Shown: positions 55,881-63,808 of the stretch, piece by piece
Position numbering within the stretch: the stretch's first letter is position 1
How the letters are laid out: every line of letters begins with the position of its first letter
Source of the DNA: a virus
Taxonomy: Duplodnaviria > Caudoviricetes
Strand: one strand, 5' to 3'
IMG/VR virus record: IMGVR_UViG_3300048854_000081
Span: 1 to 64,000 of that record
DNA length: 64,000 nt
Notes under the pieces: model-generated
What the model was told of the DNA's origin: nothing
Database searches by the model: none
Seen by the model: the letters and a program-made list of their open reading frames with translations, nothing else
Translations under genes and position numbers: made by a program

Positions 55881-56069
55881 ATGACTGTGAACAAGCGCGA
55901 AGCTGTCGAAAACTTCAAGGAGGGCATCCTCCCGCACATCCCCAGCAATGACAAGGTGGCGATTCGCTGCGCATGGAATGACTACGTTGACGGCCTGAAC
56001 AAAGATGGTCAGGTTACCGACTATCAGGCTCGCACGTGGTCCAACCCCTATGATAGGACGAACCGCTAA
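55881..56069 (+). CDS. hypothetical protein
   Basis: AWNDYVD.L.KDG.VT..Q...W.NP. Confidence 0.75.
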   Translation: MTVNKREAVENFKEGILPHIPSNDKVAIRCAWNDYVDGLNKDGQVTDYQARTWSNPYDRTNR

Positions 56070-56293
56070 TGATATACGGACAGTTCTATCAGAAGTCGGC
56101 CAGTGATCCCACCAAGCTTGTTGAAGCTTGCGGAGACCGTGCTGTCATCATTCTCGACGGTCGCGGTTCACTGGAACTTAACATAGCTTTCATTCGTCAA
56201 GAGTGTGAGGCTCGTGGGTACGCAGGTTTCTCCCTGTATCGTGGGGATACCTTTACCCGTAGCTTCCCCATCACATCCATTCAACGTATCTGA
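56069..56293 (+). CDS. hypothetical protein
   Basis: EACGDRAVIILDGR. Confidence 0.75.
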   Translation: MIYGQFYQKSASDPTKLVEACGDRAVIILDGRGSLELNIAFIRQECEARGYAGFSLYRGDTFTRSFPITSIQRI

Positions 56294-56450
56294 ATCATTA
56301 GGGAACCTTCGGGTTCCCTTTTGTTTGCAAATTGCATTACATATGCTAAAATAGGGTCGTGGATGGGAGAGCTTCACGGAATTTGTGCGACGCAACTTGT
56401 TAATTTCTGTCCAGTGTTGTAAATATACTGAAACAGAGGATCACAGTTCC

Positions 56451-56624
56451 ATGACAATCATTCGTGTAGACGGCCACAGAGCCGAACCAATTGAAACCAT
56501 CGTTCAGGGTCTTCTGGATGGCTCTAGAACGCTTTCCCCGATAGAAACGGCCAACATCCTAGCAGTGATGAACGAAGCCCTAGAAACGCTACGTAGAGAG
56601 TCTGAGGGCTGTTCCCATGTATAA
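56451..56624 (+). CDS. hypothetical protein
   Basis: GAGGA SD. Confidence 0.55.
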   Translation: MTIIRVDGHRAEPIETIVQGLLDGSRTLSPIETANILAVMNEALETLRRESEGCSHV

Positions 56625-56844
56625 GACCGAACTAGACGCCATGGTCACGAAAGACCCTAGCAAAATGGTCAACTTCAAACCTTACATTATCGAAGCCAAG
56701 GACATCACTCTAACCGTGGTGTTACATCCTATATGGGCTAAGACAGTGTACGATGCATTCCAACAATGTCTTATGAATTTCCCAACGGATATGATCACGG
56801 CCATCTATTCGCTAACCGATCCGGACAACCTGAACGTAGCCTGA
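56617..56844 (+). CDS. hypothetical protein
   Basis: ORF track. Confidence 0.6.
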   Translation: MYKTELDAMVTKDPSKMVNFKPYIIEAKDITLTVVLHPIWAKTVYDAFQQCLMNFPTDMITAIYSLTDPDNLNVA

Positions 56845-56913
56845 ATTTACCCTATTGCATTCTGTTAGAAAACCTGTAGACTACTTACATCGACTAACCA
56901 AACGGAACCAGCC

Positions 56914-57036
56914 ATGTACGAGTCAGCTAAGAACTTCGCGATGAATCCGGGTAACCCCTACGTTGCCGCTGCGTTCTATGGTGCTGTATGGGCTGGTATC
57001 TATGTGGTGATGTATCAGTGGGTCATCCATCACTAA
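56914..57036 (+). CDS. 40-aa membrane peptide (not in track)
   Basis: MYESAKNFAMNPGNPYVAAAFYGAVWAGIYVVMYQWVIHH after promoter. Confidence 0.6.
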   Translation: MYESAKNFAMNPGNPYVAAAFYGAVWAGIYVVMYQWVIHH

Positions 57037-57071
57037 GCTTGACATTCAAACAATAAGTAGTAAACTGAAAT

Positions 57072-57584
57072 TGTCGTCGGGAACCAATGAGACAATCGAT
57101 GACGGAGCCGAGAGGGAATTAACCCTCACACCTGACCCAGCACTGTAGAACGGCAACAGCCTAATGACTGGGATAGACGATAGGATAGAGCTTATATGTC
57201 CTTACCGCGACGGGTCTTGATGCCAATAAGCTTAGGCATGTAGGTAGGTGGGCTATCACTGAAAAACTTGATGCGGTATCCCTAGAATAAGCCTCTAGGG
57301 CGCTCCACCCCCAGCCCACCATGGCCCCATGGTGCCCTAAATGAACCGAGCGCTCTGCGCCATTTAGACCTTAGTAAAAGTGAGGGTGACATCATGTAGC
57401 GACGCTAACCAAATTTGGATGATGACAAAATTCTGATAAAACTTGACGTTGTAAGGGGCTGTACCAGTCGCCAGTAGCGTGGACAGCAAATTCATCAACT
57501 AACCTAGGTGGCGTGTCATGTAACGTCTCAATTCAGGAGCCCTAGAGGCTATAGAAGCGATACATCATAGACTAAGCGACACGG
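57072..57584 (+). ncRNA. ~520-nt large structured ncRNA
   Basis: Promoter TTGACA-16-TAAACT at 57039, many stems, no ORF of 60 aa, terminator 57585-57612. Confidence 0.75.
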
Positions 57585-57612
57585 AAAGCCCCTTAATAGG
57601 GGCTTTTCTTTT
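57585..57612 (+). terminator. intrinsic terminator
   Basis: AAAGCCCCT-TAAT-AGGGGCTTT followed by T-tract. Confidence 0.85.
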
Positions 57613-57684
57613 GTTCAGAATAGGGGGTTGCATCTGTTATCAAACCCTGTATAATGTATTTCAACAACCCAATGGATCGAAGCC

Positions 57685-58050
57685 ATGAACGACTATTCCA
57701 AGTATTACCCGCTGATCGACAAGCTGGCTACGGAAGATTTCGCCCGTCGCCATCCCGGTAACGTTAAGATGGGCTTCTCCAAGCGCATCGACTTTCAAGA
57801 CGGTGGCAAGCTGATCAAGATGGTCAGTGTGGACCTGAACGATGGCGTGGAAAACGAGTATGGTCGTTCGGTCTATGGTTTCATTGTCAAAGAAGACAAT
57901 ACCATCAAGAGCGCGACCACGGGTGCCTTTTTCAAGGCTGGTGACCTGTTGAAGGCCGCAGGCTGGAAGGCTCCCGCAAAGAACTTCGCTCGTGGTAACA
58001 TCCACGACCTGAACGACGACTCCAAGTTGCCCTATACGGGTATCGGTTGA
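57685..58050 (+). CDS. phage hypothetical protein
   Basis: SVYGFI...GDLLKAAGWKAPAK..ARGNI. Confidence 0.8.
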   Translation: MNDYSKYYPLIDKLATEDFARRHPGNVKMGFSKRIDFQDGGKLIKMVSVDLNDGVENEYGRSVYGFIVKEDNTIKSATTGAFFKAGDLLKAAGWKAPAKNFARGNIHDLNDDSKLPYTGIG

Positions 58051-58110
58051 GGGGTGTTGCATCCCTCTTTGGTTCTGTTATAATACTCCCACACTCACTA
58101 GGGAACGACC

Positions 58111-58479
58111 ATGGATCAGCAAACCCTTTGCAATACCTTTGTCCAGAACGTCAGCCTCGCGTTTCCGAAGGCTTTCGTCAAGGCCAAGCCGTGGAAGTCC
58201 ATCGGTGATCGCCCAACGCTTTGGGTCGAATTCGCATCATCGAAGACATGGGCGAATGGCATCATCCAGAATGATCCCCTCCACATGCGTCTGCTCGTGC
58301 AGGGTAGCGATGCCAAAGGCTGGTCCATCGATGGCGACTCGTTCCCCAAGCGTGCTCTCAAAGCCGTTGGTGTCAATAGCCGCAAGATCAGCGGCAAGAC
58401 CGAAGCCGAAGTTATGCAAAAACTGGAAGACTGGTTTTGCAATAATGTCGAAAACATCAATGCGGCTACCCCTGACTAA
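58111..58479 (+). CDS. hypothetical protein
   Basis: WANGIIQNDP. Confidence 0.8.
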   Translation: MDQQTLCNTFVQNVSLAFPKAFVKAKPWKSIGDRPTLWVEFASSKTWANGIIQNDPLHMRLLVQGSDAKGWSIDGDSFPKRALKAVGVNSRKISGKTEAEVMQKLEDWFCNNVENINAATPD

Positions 58480-58480
58480 G

Positions 58481-58980
58481 GGGTATTGTGTTCTGTTACG
58501 AAACCTGTATACTGATCACACACCAACCACAGAGACGCTATCATGACCGAGAATGCCGCTCCCCGTGAACTGAACGTCATTGCTGCCGACATCATCCGTA
58601 GCTGGCCCAAGCCGTACTTCGGTGCCGTGCCCTACATCCAAGCGATGCGGACCATGAAAACGATGAAGGATATGTATTACGCAGATGATGCGTTCTATAT
58701 CGTCCGCTACCTGCTGGGCAATATGCAGACCTTCCGTGGTGCTGATGCCCGCCGCCTCAAGGCCGAACTGAAAGCACTGGTAGGGGATAAGTAATGCCCC
58801 TCGTGCTGGTACTTGTCCTGATCATCCTGTTGGTTTTCATCTACAAGACAGCGGGAGGGGTTGCGGTCGCTGGTACCCTTCTAGGTGGTATCGTCCTGAT
58901 ACTGGGCTCCTACCTGCTGAACTACTGAACGAGTTTCGTAACAGGGTATTGTGTTCTGTTACGAAACCTGTATACTGATC
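58481..58980 (+). repeat. 37-bp identical promoter duplication (58481-58517, 58944-58980)
   Basis: GGGTATTGTGTTCTGTTACGAAACCTGTATACTGATC. Confidence 0.9.
58543..58794 (+). CDS. hypothetical protein
   Basis: WPKPYFGAVPY...FRG.DARRLKAELK. Confidence 0.8.
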   Translation: MTENAAPRELNVIAADIIRSWPKPYFGAVPYIQAMRTMKTMKDMYYADDAFYIVRYLLGNMQTFRGADARRLKAELKALVGDK

Positions 58981-59004
58981 CCACCCAATAACGGAGATAA
59001 GTAA

Positions 59005-59280
59005 ATGGCAAGCCGTCATTCCACCTACGTTCCCAGCACAACCCCCGGCAAGACGTGGAAGGTCTACGTTCACAAGGGGTTCGATAAGCGAATCTATGCC
59101 GCAGCGTCGGAAGGTGTTTATGAACCTGCCGGAGATTCCACGTTCGAATCATTCACTACGGAAATTCCGGGTGATCGTTTCCTACGGCTTTTCCTCACTG
59201 GCTCACGCCTGACGGACAAGGTAGAGCGGGAAGGTATCGAAGCGATGATCGAAACCCTGAAGAAAGACGGTCTAGCATAA
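59005..59280 (+). CDS. hypothetical protein
   Basis: GGAG SD. Confidence 0.75.
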   Translation: MASRHSTYVPSTTPGKTWKVYVHKGFDKRIYAAASEGVYEPAGDSTFESFTTEIPGDRFLRLFLTGSRLTDKVEREGIEAMIETLKKDGLA

Positions 59281-59451
59281 CCATAAAGCCCCATTGCTGG
59301 GGCTTTTCTTTACGTTACGGTAGCTGTTCCCCATCCGCCAATCTATTTTAATATAACCTACCTGAACGTAACCTGAATGAGTTTCGTAACAGGGTGTTGC
59401 ATTCCTTACGTAACTAGGTATACTAGCCACACCAACCACGGAGATACGGCG

Positions 59452-59784
59452 ATGGCTTCCAAGATCAAATCCGTTACGTACAATGGTCAGACCTATACGA
59501 AGGATTCCATCAAGGAAAAGCTCACCACGGATAACCGTTGGTTGCAGCGGGCCATCCTCGCTATCTATGCGGGCCAGACCTCACAAGAGCAAAACTCTGG
59601 TGAAACCGTCGAGGATAACGGTATTGGCTTCTCTGGTGCCGATTCTTACGTAATGTCCATTTACGCTAAGATGATCATGAAAGGCCAACCTCTGTACGCT
59701 GGTCAGCTTGCCAAGGCTCGCAAGACCATGCCCAAGTATGCTGGTCAACTTCTCGGGATCATTTCCGAAAAGAGCCACACTTGA
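59452..59784 (+). CDS. hypothetical protein
   Basis: QT..EQ....T...NGIGFSGAD...KYAGQL. Confidence 0.8.
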   Translation: MASKIKSVTYNGQTYTKDSIKEKLTTDNRWLQRAILAIYAGQTSQEQNSGETVEDNGIGFSGADSYVMSIYAKMIMKGQPLYAGQLAKARKTMPKYAGQLLGIISEKSHT

Positions 59785-59838
59785 CACCTTCCGTAGTTCC
59801 GTTATAATACTCTCACACTCACTCAAACGGATAACATC

Positions 59839-60264
59839 ATGCACCTCACACGTCTGGTCATGCTCGCCGAATGGTTGGAAGCTGGCGCTCCCGAAAAGGA
59901 TAACGTCACTCGTTTCAGCATGACGAACTGGATCGTTCCGCAGAAAAATTCGTGTGGCACGGCATGTTGCATCGCTGGCGCTACCGTGCAGTTTTTCAAC
60001 GATGAAGCTCGCACGTTCAAGAGTGAGCAGGACGTTTATAACGCCTCGCTCAAGGGTGTGCAGGAGTACGCTCGTGGCCTGTTGGACCTCACGAAGGATC
60101 AGGCGAACGACCTGTTCTATGCCAATGAATATTTCATTGTCGAGAATGAGGATGCGCTGTATTACTCCAAAGCGCTGAAGGCCATCACTCCCGCACATGC
60201 TGCCCGCGTGATCCGCAAGTTTATCGCCACGGGTGAAATCGACTACATCGGTTGCGAAGCTTAA
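59839..60264 (+). CDS. hypothetical protein (CGTACCIAG motif)
   Basis: F.M..W...CGTACCIAG...LF...IT..HAA.VIR. Confidence 0.8.
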   Translation: MHLTRLVMLAEWLEAGAPEKDNVTRFSMTNWIVPQKNSCGTACCIAGATVQFFNDEARTFKSEQDVYNASLKGVQEYARGLLDLTKDQANDLFYANEYFIVENEDALYYSKALKAITPAHAARVIRKFIATGEIDYIGCEA

Positions 60265-60349
60265 CCTAACGTAACTAGGAGGGGTTGCATAAGGTAACCC
60301 CTTCCATTAGAATAACCTCACACCAACCAAATCACTCAAAGGAAATCAC

Positions 60350-60571
60350 ATGACCTTCCGTATCCTGTCCGCCGCCCGTTTCGCCAACACCACGAAGATG
60401 ACCGGTCGCACGCCGCTGGAAGTCTCGGCTGTCAGTGGCAAGAACTACAAGACGTTGGACTCCGCGATCCGCTCGGGTCTGCCGCAGATCGTCAGCAAGG
60501 ATGCCCGTCGTGGTGACGTGTTCGTGGTCATCGAAGGTCCGAACGGCCAGCTTGCCCACCGCACCATCTGA
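60350..60571 (+). CDS. hypothetical protein
   Basis: AAGGA SD. Confidence 0.7.
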   Translation: MTFRILSAARFANTTKMTGRTPLEVSAVSGKNYKTLDSAIRSGLPQIVSKDARRGDVFVVIEGPNGQLAHRTI

Positions 60572-60593
60572 TCCACGTTCTATAGGCAAACCC

Positions 60594-60890
60594 ATGAAAA
60601 AGCATCATTTTACTAGTGGATCAGTAAATGCTTCCACGTATGCAGTAATCGATGGTGTTCCGTATCCTCAACTGGATATGATCATGGGTATTGCCAAAAG
60701 TAAAGGCTACACTGGTAGCGAAAATACTTTAGCTTACCGCATCAAGGGTGGGGCCAAATCATGGGCAGAATTGATCCGCTCGCCACGCAACAATATGAAA
60801 AATGCGATGGTAGATCGTCAGTTAAAAAGGGAACGTGAGAAAGCCGAGATTGCACAAATGATGCGCGATCTTGATGAACGCAAACGGTAA
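60594..60890 (+). CDS. hypothetical protein, possibly DNA-binding
   Basis: TL.YRI..G. Confidence 0.65.
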   Translation: MKKHHFTSGSVNASTYAVIDGVPYPQLDMIMGIAKSKGYTGSENTLAYRIKGGAKSWAELIRSPRNNMKNAMVDRQLKREREKAEIAQMMRDLDERKR

Positions 60891-60933
60891 TGGGGTTGAC
60901 AATTAAAATCCCTCCACTATAATGTAATTCATC

Positions 60934-61009
60934 GGGTCGATAGCTCAGTTGGCAGAGCACGGGACTTTTAATCCTGCGGTCGCGGGTTCGAATCCCGCTC
61001 GACCCACCA
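60934..61009 (+). tRNA. tRNA-Lys(TTT)
   Basis: CGGGA-CTTTTAA-TCCTG, CCA. Confidence 0.95.
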
Positions 61010-61175
61010 GTCTTTGGGGCATGGTTGTAGGGTATGAACAAAAGGCTAGGTTTGCGTACGGAACCTAGTTTCATACCTTGGGCGTTCGATTCCCCACCCT
61101 TTGTTTTCTGTGGTACAATACGATAACGAGCAATCGACCGTGGCGTATCACTGTTTTATAACCTAAGGAGTTATT

Positions 61176-61397
61176 ATGGATCAGGCTTTCATTTTGTTGG
61201 AAGGGTCGCTGAATCATCTGTCTGTCGAGCATGGTGCCAAGGTGGGCGATACGGTGTATCCCGTGAAGGGCTATGATTACGGGCTGGCGCGTGATGATAC
61301 GTATGCCACGGGTGAAGAGTATATCTCGGTCACTCTGGACCAGAATGGTGACTATCCGTATTTCACGGTACCCGTTCGCCTGATCGAGTCGGTTTAA
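61176..61397 (+). CDS. hypothetical protein
   Basis: DYGLA.DDT..TG...ISVTL...GDYPYFT. Confidence 0.8.
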   Translation: MDQAFILLEGSLNHLSVEHGAKVGDTVYPVKGYDYGLARDDTYATGEEYISVTLDQNGDYPYFTVPVRLIESV

Positions 61398-61436
61398 AGG
61401 TAGTTGCAATACATTTCAAATCATGTATAATGAAAT

Positions 61437-61575
61437 TGTGGTCAGAGACATCGGGACGACTAACCTCCCAGTGTGTACCACGACCGGCCATCCTGTCGGT
61501 AATAGAAAAGTGGATGCATAGCAGGTCATGATGACAATTCGCTATCAGGATACGGGGACGATAGCCTGCCCCACA
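61437..61575 (+). ncRNA. structured ncRNA, unknown class
   Basis: Follows promoter at 61404, TGTGG/CCACA ends, no ORF. Confidence 0.45.
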
Positions 61576-61580
61576 GTTTC

Positions 61581-61657
61581 GGAAGTGTAGCCCAAAATAC
61601 TAGAGGCGGGGAGCATTAGAGCACCCTTCAGTGTAGGCGCAAACCCTACCACTTCCA
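61581..61657 (+). ncRNA. degenerate tRNA-like RNA
   Basis: GGAAGTG/CACTTCC, GTAGG-CGCAAAC-CCTAC, irregular anticodon arm, no CCA. Confidence 0.6.
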
Positions 61658-61667
61658 CCCGGTTTAT

Positions 61668-61842
61668 GCAGGTGTACGCGAATGGCGAAGCGGCTGGAAA
61701 GAAACCTAGCGACGGTTAGATAGGCGTCCAGTGTTATATGAGGATATACCGAAGGTTTGCGCAGACCAACGGTGAAACAATAGAGAGTCGTCTCTATCAT
61801 GCTCATGTTTTGTTGGTGGTTCGATTCCATCCTCCTGCGACA
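61668..61842 (+). ncRNA. 175-nt tRNA scaffold with expanded anticodon loop and variable arm
   Basis: GCAGGTG/CTCCTGC, D arm CGCGAATGGCGAAGCG, CTGGA..TCCAG, GGTGG-TTCGATT-CCATC. Confidence 0.7.
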
Positions 61843-61861
61843 ATTTACTAAAGGATACATC

Positions 61862-62164
61862 ATGCAATTCAATGTTACCGCCCGCATGTATGAGATAACC
61901 ATCGAAGAAAATGAAATGCTGGCTCTCATTCGTGAGGAAGCCTATGATGGTAAACTCTGCGAGAATACGCTATTCGATAAGCTTAAAAAGGTCGATGGCG
62001 TCTCTAACATTGATTACAATGGTCACTTTGGCTCTGCTATCTTCCTGACCATCGATGTTGACAAGGATGACGGTAGCATTGGTAATCCGATTCGTAACAA
62101 GATCGAAAGTATCATCCGTAAGCACCTTGACCGTGCTGTAGGTTACCAGAACAAGAAACGTTGA
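61862..62164 (+). CDS. hypothetical protein
   Basis: DYNGHFG.AIF. Confidence 0.75.
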   Translation: MQFNVTARMYEITIEENEMLALIREEAYDGKLCENTLFDKLKKVDGVSNIDYNGHFGSAIFLTIDVDKDDGSIGNPIRNKIESIIRKHLDRAVGYQNKKR

Positions 62165-62198
62165 CATTGAGCTAAATAACCGTATAATAATTGAATCA

Positions 62199-62275
62199 GG
62201 GCGGTTAGCTCAATTGGTTAGAGCAAGCGACTCATAATCGCTGGGTCGGGGGTTCGAATCCCTCACCGCCCACCA
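62199..62275 (+). tRNA. tRNA-Ile2/Met (CAT)
   Basis: AGCGA-CTCATAA-TCGCT, resembles the proteobacterial Ile2 body, CCA. Confidence 0.9.
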
Positions 62276-62456
62276 CCATACCAAACCCGATCAGAAATGG
62301 TCGGGTTTTCTTTTACCTCACGGTGTCTCTTCTCCGATCCACGACCCTATTTTAGCATATCCTCTCTGAATGGTAGCTGAATCGTAACGTTATCCATGGG
62401 GTTGTAATTGTTTTACAACCTAGTAGAATACCTCTACCAACCACGAGGGAAGACCT

Positions 62457-62741
62457 ATGGCACGTCAATACATCAAACGCCGTATCGATATCGGCACCAT
62501 TCGTGGCACGTACAATCGTGCTGGTCTGCGTCCACCGTCGCTCTATAACGATATCGCGAAGATGGTGGAGGGTAGCGCAAAGCGTACCCGTGACCTCGGT
62601 GTGGCTGTCCGCCATGCAGACGCGAAGTTCATTCACGAGGTGGTGACCATGCTACGTGACGACGGCTTCACAGTCAATCGTCGTGCGGTCACAGAAGCGG
62701 AGTCCGACGAATACTGCACAGTGCTGTATTTGTCGTGGTGA
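62457..62741 (+). CDS. hypothetical protein
   Basis: GAGG SD. Confidence 0.75.
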   Translation: MARQYIKRRIDIGTIRGTYNRAGLRPPSLYNDIAKMVEGSAKRTRDLGVAVRHADAKFIHEVVTMLRDDGFTVNRRAVTEAESDEYCTVLYLSW

Positions 62742-62750
62742 TGTGACGTT

Positions 62751-62792
62751 TTTGGTCACCTAGAGGTCATAATCTGACGTTAGGTGACCAAA
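62751..62792. repeat. 12-bp inverted repeat
   Basis: TTTGGTCACCTA/TAGGTGACCAAA. Confidence 0.7.
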
Positions 62793-62910
62793 TTGTTCCC
62801 AATTAAACTAAACTGCAAAAAGACGCGATTTTCACGTCTGTCTCACTTGTGTAAACGTCATGTCCTTGCTAAAGTGCCTACACCAAAAGGGCAGGGTAGG
62901 TCGTAGGACG

Positions 62911-63567
62911 ATGGCAACGTACATTCGAAGTTTTGAGTTTATTGATCGTGAAATTGATTTCACTGTAAAGGGAACCGGTTGGAGAATGCTGGATACTCCT
63001 ACCTTCGATCCTCTAAATGTTGCCTATGGTGTCGTCCATGACGCTATAGAGCATTACGAAGCTGGTGAGGAAGGCATCGAGAACGAAATGATGGCCTTCG
63101 GTTCGATCTACCACATCCGCGTACAGGGTAAGTGGTGGGACCAGTTCGGTATGAATGTCAACGCTAATAAAATGATGGCGTGGGATATCGCTCGTTTTCT
63201 ACATGAGCTTGACTTTGTTATAGCTCCCTGCCCATCCAAGACCTCCAAAGCACTGAACGATTTTTGCGTTGAAGCTTTTCCGCATTACGTTGCACAGTTA
63301 GCTAAGCACTACAGTGTCGAAGAACATTCCGATCAGATGGTAAGAGCCATGCACGCCTTTCAACAGGCTTGCGCATGGATGTCTCGTGGTTACGCTCGCT
63401 CTCTGAAGCGTTGGCACGGTAACACACCTTCTGCTCTGACTGACCTGTTTAATTCTCTCACGTCGCTCATTGAACGTGTGACAGGTAAACATGGTGATTT
63501 GCTTAAAGTTTCGTTTGATACGAAAAGCCTAGATCACAAGTGTGAACATCTTGTCATAGTCGTGTAA
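62911..63567 (+). CDS. hypothetical protein, possibly metal-binding (HD..EH, E..A.G)
   Basis: VVHDAIEH...ENEMMAFG. Confidence 0.75.
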   Translation: MATYIRSFEFIDREIDFTVKGTGWRMLDTPTFDPLNVAYGVVHDAIEHYEAGEEGIENEMMAFGSIYHIRVQGKWWDQFGMNVNANKMMAWDIARFLHELDFVIAPCPSKTSKALNDFCVEAFPHYVAQLAKHYSVEEHSDQMVRAMHAFQQACAWMSRGYARSLKRWHGNTPSALTDLFNSLTSLIERVTGKHGDLLKVSFDTKSLDHKCEHLVIVV

Positions 63568-63808
63568 AGAGTGTATCATTGCGTTTACAGAAGGTGTAGA
63601 GAGATTGTTCTGATCCTCACACCTTCTTCACTTCGGTAGACAACTTGTGAAAATTGTGTCTAGAAGATTGCCGTTTTTGTTCATGTTAGGAACCATCGCC
63701 TGAATACGTATGTTTCGGGTGGTTGTTTTCGTTCCTTTTAAAAGTTACCTTGTATCCACCGGAAGCAATCAGGCACCGGTTTTACATACTTTTAATCGGA
63801 GTTACACC

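Noticed and set aside
52552-60198. Long - strand ORFs (52552, 53871, 59581)
   Set aside because: They overlap well-supported + strand genes that have promoters and SD sites.
60934-61009. tRNA-Lys as a PARIS-resistant variant
   Set aside because: It keeps the usual A31-U39 pair and loop; resistance cannot be inferred from sequence.
61016-61102. Possible tRNA after tRNA-Lys
   Set aside because: A long hairpin and GTTCGATTCC are present, but there is no convincing acceptor stem or CCA.
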